Below are positions 1 to 8,443 of a DNA stretch of 11,615 nucleotides, piece by piece. The notes beneath the pieces are model-generated. The model was not told the origin of the DNA, did no database searches, and saw only the letters and a program-made list of their open reading frames with translations. This DNA comes from Gemmatimonadota bacterium. Lineage in GTDB: Bacteria; Latescibacterota; UBA2968; UBA8231. The position numbers were made by a program, and so were the translations under genes. Position 1 is the stretch's first letter. Each line of letters starts with the position of its first letter. The stretch is from contig JAYPJE010000056.1 in the NCBI GenBank assembly GCA_038128265.1, positions 1-11,615 of the forward strand, read 5' to 3'.

Positions 1-611
1 ATATCGCGGTGCGCATCCCAGCGGTCGCGTCGCGCACCCTCGGCCATGTGCTGGGCAGCGCCCTCGGCAAACCACATGGGCACCACCGTGCTCATTACCG
101 GGTAGGAAGCGATCGCATCGGGATAGCCCACTAAAATATCGGGGCGATTTTTCTCGCGCTGATAGCCAAAGTACTGTAAGTAGAGCGCCGGCACGCGCTG
201 CACCGTCTTGCGCGAAACGCCCAGCGAAACGATGTGGGTGAATTCGTGTGTGATTACGTTGCGCAGCCAGTCACTCGTTCCGCGCAGCTCGTAGTCGTGA
301 TCGAGCGACGTAGTCCAAATCTCGATGGTGTCGTGGTAGAAAAAGGCCGCACCGTTGGCGTAGTCATCGTAGTCTTTTAGAACGATGCGCACCTTTTCAC
401 GCGGCTCATAGCCGTAGAGCTGCGTGATGGGACCATAGGCATCTTCCGCTATATTAGCCGCCCGACTAGCGGCTTCTTCCAACCCCTGGTGGTAGAGCAC
501 GCGAAAGTGCTCTGTCTCAAATACCTGCCACTGCAGTTCGGGATGGTTTTGCGCGTCCACGCCGCGCGAATACAGCAGAAAAACTATCAGTGAAAAACGC
601 CATGCCCTCAC
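1..611 (-). CDS. Exported gluzincin (peptidase MA-like) domain protein, N-terminal ~203 aa; runs off the window start
   Basis: Hand translation, absent from the ORF track. The GTG start at 611 overlaps the TGA of the upstream gene (GTGA). It reads MRAWRFSLIVFLLYSRGVDA|QNHPELQWQVFETEHFRVLYHQG...DYDDYANGAA...WLRNVITHEFTHIV...VPMWFAEGAAQH and stays open to position 1. HEFTH is at 234-248 and the downstream Glu of P-x-WF-x-EG is at 63-65. Confidence 0.88.
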   Translation of the reverse strand, partial: MRAWRFSLIVFLLYSRGVDAQNHPELQWQVFETEHFRVLYHQGLEEAASRAANIAEDAYGPITQLYGYEPREKVRIVLKDYDDYANGAAFFYHDTIEIWTTSLDHDYELRGTSDWLRNVITHEFTHIVSLGVSRKTVQRVPALYLQYFGYQREKNRPDILVGYPDAIASYPVMSTVVPMWFAEGAAQHMAEGARRDRWDAHRD

Positions 612-3457
612 TGGCTCACCGCCATCTTTACGAGGGCGCTGGCGCTGCGCGAAGCCGTTTTTGCCCGCAGCTTCAGCAGGTATACCCCGCTGGCATACGC
701 ATCCACATCCCAGGCGATATCGTTTTCCCCGACGTGACCGACCCGTGCCATGCGCTCGACGAGCGCGCCTAGTCCATCGTAGACCTCCACATCAACGGAG
801 GCCGCTTCGCGCAGAAAAAAGCGCAGATGGACGCGCGTGCCGTCGGCTACGGGGTTGGGATAGCAGTAGACGCGCTCCAAGAGGCTATCCGCCCTGTCCG
901 GCTCTTCCAGTAGGCCCTTCGAGCGGACAAAGCGCATGCCGTCGGCGCGCCCATCGGCCTGTCCCCAATCGGCCACAGTGCCCACGTACTGCGAATCGAC
1001 CGCGCGCAAATCCCACACGTACAGCGCGTCCTCGGCGAGGGCCGCAAGGTCGAGCAACCCATCGCCGTCAAAGTCGGCGACCACCGGCGCATGCACGGGC
1101 GGCCTCGCCATGAGCAAGGGAAAACCCGGCACCATGCGTCCCGTTTGCCCCATGGCGTAGACGCCGTGCGCGCCGGCCAAGACAATCTCTCCGTCGCCGC
1201 GCCCGTCGACATCGGCCACCACTGGATCGTAGACCATGCGTCCAGCCTGCGCATAGCGCGGCAAGGCCGCGGGAAAATTGGCCTGCTGCACGCCGGTAGC
1301 ATCCAGCACGTGAACCTCGTTGACCCCCGCAAAGACGCCTTCCAACAAGCCATCGCCATCTACGTCCCCCAGCGCCGGTGCGGCCAGCAGCGAGTCGTTC
1401 AGTGCTACAACGCTATCGCCTAACCGTATCCGGCCATCGTGCCCCGCTACGAATGTATACACTTCGTCGCCCTGTTCGGCCCAAAGCCCCGGCAGCGGCT
1501 GCCGATGGCCATCGCCTTGCGCATGGGCCAGCACGCCGCTAAATCCCACCTCATTGCCATAGAGCGATCGAAATCCCCCCTCATCGCTGTCGATTATGGC
1601 GCGCAAGGCACCGTCACGCGCGTCGATTTCTTCAACGCGGTCCTCTACGACCAGCGCGAGCGTTGGTTCAGTCGCGCTACCAGCGCGGCGAAAGCGCCCA
1701 AATAGCGCATCGCGCAGATTGCCTGCCAGCGCGTGTCGCCACAGAGGGCTCTCGCCGCCTGCCTCCCAGGCCTCAACCGCGCCGTCTCGCTGCACAAAGA
1801 GTTCGGCACGCCCGTCGCCGTCGATATCGCCGGCGGCCAGAAAGTGGCCCCCGCCAATGCGCCACTGCGAGAAACCACCGCCCATCTCGGCGTAGCGCAG
1901 ACCGGACGTGTCTTCAACCAGCAATTCGACTTGGCCATCGCCGTCGATATCGGCTGCCTGCAGCCGCCGACCGCCCTCTACGGCCTGCGGCCAGCCCGCC
2001 GCCTGGCGACCAAAGCGGATGGCTACTTGTATGCGATCCTCGCTCTCCGACAGCACTTCGACTTCTATGCCCGTGGCCCACCCGTCGTTGCTGCGCGAAT
2101 TGGGCTGGGTTTCCGCACCGAACAGGCGCGGACCGTCGGCGCGAAAGGGATCGTCCTGCGAGCCTTCGATTTGCCGCAGACGTTCAAATAGCGGATAGCC
2201 TATATCGCGGTAGCCGTCGGCCTCTTCGAGGGCAATCCCCGGCTGCACCGGATCGTTGTTCATCGTCCCGGCTGGCCGCTCGCCTATGACCCGCTCATCG
2301 ACATGCCAAATGAGCAGGCCTGAACCCGGCACAAACGCATCGTATTCGTCCACGCCCAGCCACACGCCCTCATTCGCTGCGGAAAAATCAATCTCGTCTT
2401 CGCCAATCCAAGCAATTTCGTCGGGATCGGCCCCGACGACCTGCATACCCTCAGGCGCGCCCTGGCGCGCGCGGCGCTGACGGTGCTCCAGTAGAAAGTA
2501 CTCTTCATCGTCGATGGGAATGCGCACCGCTTTGGGCCATTCCCCCGCGCGGTCCGTGGCCAAAATCGACACCACCGTGTCGCGCATCACTTCAAGCGGC
2601 TCAATCCACCCCAAGTGTGCTTTGCTCCAAGCCATCGGATGGGGAGCCACAAAACCAACGACGGGATCCAAGCTATCGCGGCGCACAAAGCCCAGCGCGT
2701 TGGCCCCCACGTCCATTAGACTCCAGCCGCCTAAGGCCGGCAGGCCATCGGCAAAGTTCGACAGGCCCGGCAGGCCGAGCTGATGGCCAAAAAACTTAGC
2801 CATCAGGCCGTTTAACCCACCGCGACCGCTATCGCTGGGCGACTCGGGCAAAATCCACGCCCGTTCGATTGCGACATCGCCGATGCGCAGGGGCCCACCG
2901 GCGTACTGGGCGAAATCGCTCTCTTCCAAAAATACCGAGCGGATATCGTTGAGCTGGCCGGTCTCGTGTCCAACCCCAGCGTGCACGATGAGAAAGCTGT
3001 TAAAATCGGCCAGATTGGGGCCATCGGGATCGGCCGCGGCCCGCTCGAGCGCATCGCGCAGCAGCTCGATCCAGCGCTGACCTATTTCTTCGCCACTGCG
3101 ACCATTGCCATAGTGCAGCATGCTTTGAGGCATTGTGTACGCCGCCTCATTGGCACGTGGATATACCTCGTAGACCATATCGACGCGCCCCTCGGATACG
3201 ACGTCGTAGTAGCGGCTGAGGGCATTCAGATGATGTTGGAAATAGATTCGATCGTGCGGCGGTAGATCGTACGGCAGTGCATAGTCGGCACGCGCCTCGT
3301 CGGCGCTGCGCAGATCAAAAAGCCCCCGCCCCGTCGTGGTAAATTCGTCTGTCTCTTCGTAGGGAAAATCCACTCTCAGAGCGAGAATCCGCCACTCCTG
3401 CGCACGGGCCACGGCGGCGCACAAGAGTAGCGGGATGACGATGCGGATCAATGACAA
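608..3457 (-). CDS. Secreted M6 (immune inhibitor A-like) metallopeptidase-like protein with degenerate zinc site, FG-GAP-like repeats and a C-terminal T9SS type A sorting domain
   Basis: 949-aa ORF with signal peptide (..AAVARA|QEW). M6-type motifs: ILALRVDF, IVHAGVGHE, GHQLGLP, WSLMDVG (Met-turn), EYFLLEHR, GLLIWHVDE, LEEADG. Five DxDGxG repeats. C-terminal YCYPNPV...VEVYDGLG...WD...SGVYLLKL...VKMAV. The start is TTG (3457 or 3451) and is uncertain. Confidence 0.88.
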   Translation of the reverse strand: MSLIRIVIPLLLCAAVARAQEWRILALRVDFPYEETDEFTTTGRGLFDLRSADEARADYALPYDLPPHDRIYFQHHLNALSRYYDVVSEGRVDMVYEVYPRANEAAYTMPQSMLHYGNGRSGEEIGQRWIELLRDALERAAADPDGPNLADFNSFLIVHAGVGHETGQLNDIRSVFLEESDFAQYAGGPLRIGDVAIERAWILPESPSDSGRGGLNGLMAKFFGHQLGLPGLSNFADGLPALGGWSLMDVGANALGFVRRDSLDPVVGFVAPHPMAWSKAHLGWIEPLEVMRDTVVSILATDRAGEWPKAVRIPIDDEEYFLLEHRQRRARQGAPEGMQVVGADPDEIAWIGEDEIDFSAANEGVWLGVDEYDAFVPGSGLLIWHVDERVIGERPAGTMNNDPVQPGIALEEADGYRDIGYPLFERLRQIEGSQDDPFRADGPRLFGAETQPNSRSNDGWATGIEVEVLSESEDRIQVAIRFGRQAAGWPQAVEGGRRLQAADIDGDGQVELLVEDTSGLRYAEMGGGFSQWRIGGGHFLAAGDIDGDGRAELFVQRDGAVEAWEAGGESPLWRHALAGNLRDALFGRFRRAGSATEPTLALVVEDRVEEIDARDGALRAIIDSDEGGFRSLYGNEVGFSGVLAHAQGDGHRQPLPGLWAEQGDEVYTFVAGHDGRIRLGDSVVALNDSLLAAPALGDVDGDGLLEGVFAGVNEVHVLDATGVQQANFPAALPRYAQAGRMVYDPVVADVDGRGDGEIVLAGAHGVYAMGQTGRMVPGFPLLMARPPVHAPVVADFDGDGLLDLAALAEDALYVWDLRAVDSQYVGTVADWGQADGRADGMRFVRSKGLLEEPDRADSLLERVYCYPNPVADGTRVHLRFFLREAASVDVEVYDGLGALVERMARVGHVGENDIAWDVDAYASGVYLLKLRAKTASRSASALVKMAVSQ
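1046..1958 (-). repeat. Protein-level FG-GAP/VCBS-like calcium-binding repeats (five copies), probable beta-propeller
   Basis: AADIDGDGQVELLV, AGDIDGDGRAELFV, LGDVDGDGLLEGVF, VADVDGRGDGEIVL and VADFDGDGLLDLAA in the 949-aa translation, with intervening (G/N)FP/GWP motifs. Confidence 0.8.
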
Positions 3458-3543
3458 TGGACTAGCGTCTATCGCAATGAGGTTGGCCTATAATTGGGGC
3501 AACAGTACGCGACGTCCGGCCCCACCGATTCGACAACGCGATC

Positions 3544-4593
3544 TTAGAAAATCAGGTTGAGCGAGAAACGCGTATTGTCCTGCATCGGCGTTTCTTCGCC
3601 CGTCAGATACGCCACGTCGATTTGGAACCGGTTGTATTTCAGGCCGATGCCGAACGTCGGCGTATTGAGCTCTCCGTCGCGGTCCATAGAGTAGCCGGCG
3701 CGCAGCGCGAAAAACGCGTCGTCCTGATGGGCGGACAACCCGTATTTATACTCGCCGCCCACGTGGAGATCCATCTCCTTGAACTCGTCGCCGAGCGGAT
3801 CGTCGGCCCATGCCTTAAACAGGTTGCTCACAAACGAGCCATCGGCGATGAGGGGCTTGTAGAGGTCGAGCGAGAGCAGCACGTCGTGGTACTGCGTGTC
3901 CATCACCTCGTACGCCATCCCAAGGACCAAGTGCTGGGGCAGTGGATCTGCTTGGCTCGCATCGATGTAGGCAATTTTGGGTCCCAAGTTGCGCAGAGCG
4001 GCCCCAACGGTAACGTGCGTCGTCGCCTTCCACAAAAAGCCCAAATCGGCGGCGAAGCTATTGCCCACTCCCTTACCGCGCTCGATGCCAGCCCCCTGAT
4101 CGGCCAAGTTGCTGCGAATAAACTTCAAGCCGATGCCGGCCGATGAGTTATCGCCAATCTCAGCCCCATAGGCGGCCGATAGCGCCACGTCGTAGCTGCG
4201 GAAAGTCCCCTGTGCATTGCCGCGTTCGTCGGTCCGCGTCTGCTCTCCGAGATTGAGCAGCGAAACGTTGAGGCCGATATTTCCCCAACCTTCTACGGGC
4301 GTGGAATAGGCCAGAAATTCGTAGGATAAATCGTCGGCCAGGCCCGGCAGCCATTTGCTGTGCGTGAAATTGATTTTCTTCTTTGTCTGTCCGGCGAGCG
4401 CAGCCGGATTGAAGTAGCTGGCCGTGGCATCGTCGGCAATAGCGACATAGGATTCGCCCATGGCGATGGCGCGCGCCCCAGGCTCAATAAGCAAGAACAG
4501 CACGGCAGCGCGACTCTCTGGCGTAGCGCTGGCCCTATCGGTTGTGACCAATAGACAGAAGGTGGCCAACAGCACGGCGCTGATTTTTTTCAT
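3544..4593 (-). CDS. porV: PorV/PorQ-family T9SS outer-membrane beta-barrel (PorV-like), 349 aa
   Basis: N-terminal motif AVLFLLIEPGARAIAMGESYVAIADDATASYFNPAAL, plus HSKWLPGLADDL, GIGLKFIRSNL, NLGPKIAY..DPLP and a C-terminal Phe (LNLIF). It lies directly downstream of the porU-like gene. Start moved from 4647 to ATG 4593 (MKKISAVLL signal peptide) because of the strong SD. Confidence 0.88.
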   Translation of the reverse strand: MKKISAVLLATFCLLVTTDRASATPESRAAVLFLLIEPGARAIAMGESYVAIADDATASYFNPAALAGQTKKKINFTHSKWLPGLADDLSYEFLAYSTPVEGWGNIGLNVSLLNLGEQTRTDERGNAQGTFRSYDVALSAAYGAEIGDNSSAGIGLKFIRSNLADQGAGIERGKGVGNSFAADLGFLWKATTHVTVGAALRNLGPKIAYIDASQADPLPQHLVLGMAYEVMDTQYHDVLLSLDLYKPLIADGSFVSNLFKAWADDPLGDEFKEMDLHVGGEYKYGLSAHQDDAFFALRAGYSMDRDGELNTPTFGIGLKYNRFQIDVAYLTGEETPMQDNTRFSLNLIF

Positions 4594-4600
4594 AACGACG

Positions 4601-4608
4601 TCCTCCTC
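4601..4608 (-). promoter_or_regulatory. Shine-Dalgarno site of porV
   Basis: GAGGAGGA on the minus strand, 7 nt before ATG 4593. Confidence 0.85.
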
Positions 4609-4711
4609 GGACATGTAAAAACAACTATGACGGCGCACAAACCGCATTGCGGTGCCGCCGGCGCTGATAACGCGATATCCGTGCTACAAAGGCGCTCCTA
4701 TGGTTCCGCTG

Positions 4712-7700
4712 TTATTTGGCAATCTGCAGGGCGGATGCGCGCTCGGCGACTCCACCCTCCATGCGATCAGCCTCTAGCCTATAAAGATAAGTACCATTGG
4801 CCAGATTCGCAGGTCTCTGCCAGAGAATCTGGTTGTATCCCTCGGCGCTTGCCGCCTCGATTTCATCCACCAGTCGGCCGCTGAGAGCAAAAATCTGAAT
4901 GCGCGCCGAAAGGGCCTCTTCGGCCAGTTCGTAGGTAAAATGTCCGCTATCGCCGCGCAGTGGATTGGGATGAAATAGCGCGTTCCTGATAATCGATTCC
5001 TTGCTTGCCACCAGCTCAAACACGGCCTCTGCGCGCGACGAGTTATTGAACGTATCCCATGCTTTCAGACGTATCTCGTGCTGACCGAGTTCCAAGCTGG
5101 GTAGCGTAAACTCTACAACCCCCTCGCGAAAGTCTCCTTCGAGCACGTTAAAAAACTCCGTCGTGTTAAAGATCTCATCGTCGATTGTCAGCTCGATGGC
5201 ATGCCCCGTCTCATTGGTAATATTTATACCGCTGGGGTCGCGAATCGCGGCCATGAGAACGGGTGCACCAGCGACCTTATCGCCGCTTTTAAACGAGCCC
5301 AACCCTTTAAAGCCAATGCGAATTTGCGGGCCCTCCGTATCCAATTCAATGTCGGAGGCCGTGCCTTCGATCAGCAAATCTTCAAGCGATCCGTACGCGG
5401 TGGGCGCATCGTTGCTCCACGCATAGGCGCTAATGCGCCCGTCGATACCCCCATAGCTGATATCTTTGGGAACGCGAAACTGACCGCTGAAACGACCATT
5501 TACCACCTCGTAACGACCGCGAAATAGATAAGCGCCCGGCTGCCGGTAGCGCAGACCGTCCAATACGCTCAACTCAGCGGAGTCAAAGGCCTGTAGCCAA
5601 ACGTACCCGTTGTAGTTATCGGCAGCAGTGCCCGTTTCGTCCAGCACCTGACCGCGCACATCGACCACGCCTAGTGCACTCAGCGGTCCATCAATTTCGA
5701 GACCAATCTCGTAGCGCGGCTGGGCCAGTCGCTGCAGCGGGTCACCAAAGATCGAATAGCGCCTCATATTGCGGATACCTACCAGGTCGCTGATGTTCAT
5801 CTGTTGGCGCGCAATATGCTTGGCTTCCATTAGGGCCAAACCCACCGGCACGTGCTCGCGCTCGCTGCGGTACATCTGTTTGTGAAAGGCGGCAGCGAGC
5901 AGAATGTTGCTCAGGTGAAAACCGACGCGCGTGGCCGAAATCATACCGATCACGCCACCGTCTGGCATCTTCAGCAGCTCTTCTGGCATAGACGTCTTTA
6001 CCGGATCGTCAAACACGCCCACCTGACTGGCCGCGGTATAGAATAAGGGCAAGCGTTTGCCGTTGTCGACTTCGCCAATATCGCGGGAGATCCGAAACAT
6101 CTGTTCGTGCGCCAGCACGTCGGGATTGCCGTGCCCAACGTAGGTGAGAATAAGTGAGCCCTCGTTAAAACGGCGAATAAATTCGTCGCGCGCGCGCGGC
6201 TTGGTGCGCCCTTCAAAGGGAAATTGAGCCAGATAGAGCTTGTCGATATTGATCCCCGGAGGAAATGAATTCTGCGCCATAAACTCGCTGTCCGTCAGAA
6301 AGAACGTCTCGGAATCCAGCGGGTGGTCAGGGTTGACCACATCGTCGGCCACCAGCAGAACGCGGCTCTGCCATAGACCCAGTTCGGGTTCGCGATCGTA
6401 GGCGATGATCTTGTCGACTATGCGATCGGCCTCTTCGGCCAACTGCACGGGAATGCGCCCGATAGCCATATCGGGCAGCTCGTCGTCGCCCAGCAAATAC
6501 ACATACCATTCGTCGTACGTGCTGTCACCGTCCTGATAGGGCGGTATCCAATTGCCGTTACTCGTCTTCGAGTTGTTCTTGTAATCGTAGGAACCGTCGC
6601 CTAACAGCAGCACGTACATGGGCGCGCGCTGCCAGTTGGCCTCGGCGTAGCCGAGAAAATTTCGCAGAGCAGAGGGGTCCAGCATACCGCCGGAAAACTC
6701 GTCGTATACGTCTTGTATATCGACCGTTTGGGCTACGGGGGGTGGACCCCAGCGGTCGTCGGCGCCGCGCCATGCCGCCAGGCGCTCGGCAGCCGCGGCA
6801 AAATCCGCGTGATAGACAATGACGTAGTCGGCGCCGTTGCCCGTGGACAACAGCGAACTCGGCCGATCCTCTACAATCCGCTTGGGCTTCAGCCACGTAG
6901 ATTCACCGCCGACCACATACTCTCCCGGTGTGGGCAGCGCATCGTCCTGAAAAACGAGCGTTCCACCGTCCGCATCGTAGACAAAGTCGCGTATTTCCGT
7001 TAGCTCGCCTCCGACTTCAAATACGCGCGGCTCCTCTTCGGCAAATCCCTCTAATGCGTATTCAGCCGCGGCGTTTTTCACGGGCGAAAAAAAGCGTAAG
7101 CGCCCGCGCTCTGCGCTAAAGCCGCGGCTGTACTCGAGCTCGTACCAGTCAAAGCGCGCCGGGTCGCCGGCGTGATACAGCCCCAATTCATTCAGCCCCT
7201 CGACCGGACCCGCGGCGCTGCGCAACTCCTCCCGCACGCGCGTAGCGCTATCAAAGGAGATACGCCCAACATCGTTGCCGTTCCAGCGCACCGCGAAGCG
7301 CGAGAGATTGCCCCCAATACCATTGAAGCCCAGGCGAATGTCGACCGGCTCGTCGACGGCATCGCGGACGAGCACGCGGTAGTTGCGCGCGTTGCCGCGG
7401 AAGTCTTCGCCATACCACGTATAGCCCGACTTTATGCCGAAAGTCTGATAGAGAATAAACTGCTCGTCTTCGCTGTGCAGATACACGCGATAGCTCTGCG
7501 GTCGCTCCGGTGTTTCGCGGGTTAGGGCCCCGCTGCGCTCAACCGCGCGCTGCCCCTCCACGCCTCCGGCAAAGCCCAGCCAATACGTATTGTCGTTGGT
7601 GTAGAGGTTTTCTCTCCAAACGTATCGCGACTGTTTGCCGTCGTATTCCCAGCGCTGCGGAGGTTCGCCGTAGAAAAGGACGAAGTCGGACGGGTCAAAG

Positions 7701-8443
7701 CGCCCGTCGTTGCCGTCTTCTACAACCAGTCCCATCTCCCGCCACGCACGCGGCGCCTCCACGACCTTTGCGGAGAGCATTTGTCCTCCCCCGTACATCA
7801 GGCGCAGCGTCTGCGGATCGATATCGTCGAGCGCTATGCCCGCCTCTTCCAGATCCTCACCCGTTATGCGGAACATCCCCTGCTCGTTTACCACGACGCG
7901 CAGCCAGCGGCCCGTTTCCTGGGCCCCCTTGGCCACGCGGCGCGGACTCCGCGGCAGGCGCCACGAGGCAGCCTGCTCGTAATTGCTTATAACCTGGGCG
8001 TAATAGGGCTCGGCGTAGGCATCGGCGCCCCACGCAGCAGTGCGAAATGCTCCCCCGTCAGTGGGGAATACAAGATCGACTACCACGCGCTCGATCGCCT
8101 CTTTGTCTCCTTTGTCCACAGTAGCGGCAAAGGCCAGTTCCACCACGCGCTGACGGCGCGCCATCCCCTCGCTTCCCAAGGCGGCAAAGACGGCGGCATC
8201 CTCGCCCGTAAGGCGACGCCCATCGGCTGTAAAAGCCTCGACCCGCGCGATGCCCACATCGCCTTCCAACGGCACACCGACTAGAAAGGTTGCACCCGCA
8301 CTGCACGCCCGCGCGCTCTCCGGGTGGTATTGCAGTCGAACACCCCCAACGTGCGCGTCAATTACCTGTAGCTGCGCGTGCAGTTCTCCGGCGAGCACAA
8401 TGCCGGCCGCAAGCGCGTAGCATAGCCATCGATTCATGTTCAT
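4712..8443 (-). CDS. porU: T9SS sortase PorU-like protein (peptidase C25/gingipain fold) with C-terminal sorting domain; expected catalytic Cys replaced by Ser
   Basis: 1243 aa with signal peptide (..GELHA|Q). PorU-type motifs: GMFRITG, DFVLFYG, NLYTNDNTYWL, VYDEFSGG..DPSALRNF, YVLLLGDGSYDYKN, IGRIPV, VLLVADD, TYVGHG...LAHE, ISATR, FGDP, FRVPKDISY, DTEGPQI, DPSGIN..GH, LKAWDTFNNSS. CTD with FHPNP..QIFALSGRLV..LANGTYLYRL. Start is ATG 8443 or 8437. Confidence 0.92.
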   Translation of the reverse strand: MNMNRWLCYALAAGIVLAGELHAQLQVIDAHVGGVRLQYHPESARACSAGATFLVGVPLEGDVGIARVEAFTADGRRLTGEDAAVFAALGSEGMARRQRVVELAFAATVDKGDKEAIERVVVDLVFPTDGGAFRTAAWGADAYAEPYYAQVISNYEQAASWRLPRSPRRVAKGAQETGRWLRVVVNEQGMFRITGEDLEEAGIALDDIDPQTLRLMYGGGQMLSAKVVEAPRAWREMGLVVEDGNDGRFDPSDFVLFYGEPPQRWEYDGKQSRYVWRENLYTNDNTYWLGFAGGVEGQRAVERSGALTRETPERPQSYRVYLHSEDEQFILYQTFGIKSGYTWYGEDFRGNARNYRVLVRDAVDEPVDIRLGFNGIGGNLSRFAVRWNGNDVGRISFDSATRVREELRSAAGPVEGLNELGLYHAGDPARFDWYELEYSRGFSAERGRLRFFSPVKNAAAEYALEGFAEEEPRVFEVGGELTEIRDFVYDADGGTLVFQDDALPTPGEYVVGGESTWLKPKRIVEDRPSSLLSTGNGADYVIVYHADFAAAAERLAAWRGADDRWGPPPVAQTVDIQDVYDEFSGGMLDPSALRNFLGYAEANWQRAPMYVLLLGDGSYDYKNNSKTSNGNWIPPYQDGDSTYDEWYVYLLGDDELPDMAIGRIPVQLAEEADRIVDKIIAYDREPELGLWQSRVLLVADDVVNPDHPLDSETFFLTDSEFMAQNSFPPGINIDKLYLAQFPFEGRTKPRARDEFIRRFNEGSLILTYVGHGNPDVLAHEQMFRISRDIGEVDNGKRLPLFYTAASQVGVFDDPVKTSMPEELLKMPDGGVIGMISATRVGFHLSNILLAAAFHKQMYRSEREHVPVGLALMEAKHIARQQMNISDLVGIRNMRRYSIFGDPLQRLAQPRYEIGLEIDGPLSALGVVDVRGQVLDETGTAADNYNGYVWLQAFDSAELSVLDGLRYRQPGAYLFRGRYEVVNGRFSGQFRVPKDISYGGIDGRISAYAWSNDAPTAYGSLEDLLIEGTASDIELDTEGPQIRIGFKGLGSFKSGDKVAGAPVLMAAIRDPSGINITNETGHAIELTIDDEIFNTTEFFNVLEGDFREGVVEFTLPSLELGQHEIRLKAWDTFNNSSRAEAVFELVASKESIIRNALFHPNPLRGDSGHFTYELAEEALSARIQIFALSGRLVDEIEAASAEGYNQILWQRPANLANGTYLYRLEADRMEGGVAERASALQIAK

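Noticed and set aside
1815..1952. 15-bp direct repeat TCGCCGTCGATATCG at 1815-1829 and 1938-1952
   Set aside because: It encodes the DIDGD core of two FG-GAP repeats. Two copies inside a CDS are not a CRISPR array or a mobile-element end.
3489..3494. Perfect TATAAT on the plus strand between the M6-like gene and porV (possible antisense promoter)
   Set aside because: No credible -35 (CGTCTA at 17 nt) and no extended -10 TG.
4594..4647. ORF-track N-terminal extension of porV (and similar extensions at 8571, 9543 and 10392)
   Set aside because: Downstream starts have better SD sites and/or match the family N-terminus or signal peptide.
4631..4660. Small hairpin ACCGCA-T-TGCGGT in the porU-porV spacer
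   Set aside because: The stem is short, has no proper U-tract, and is expected by chance at this GC content.
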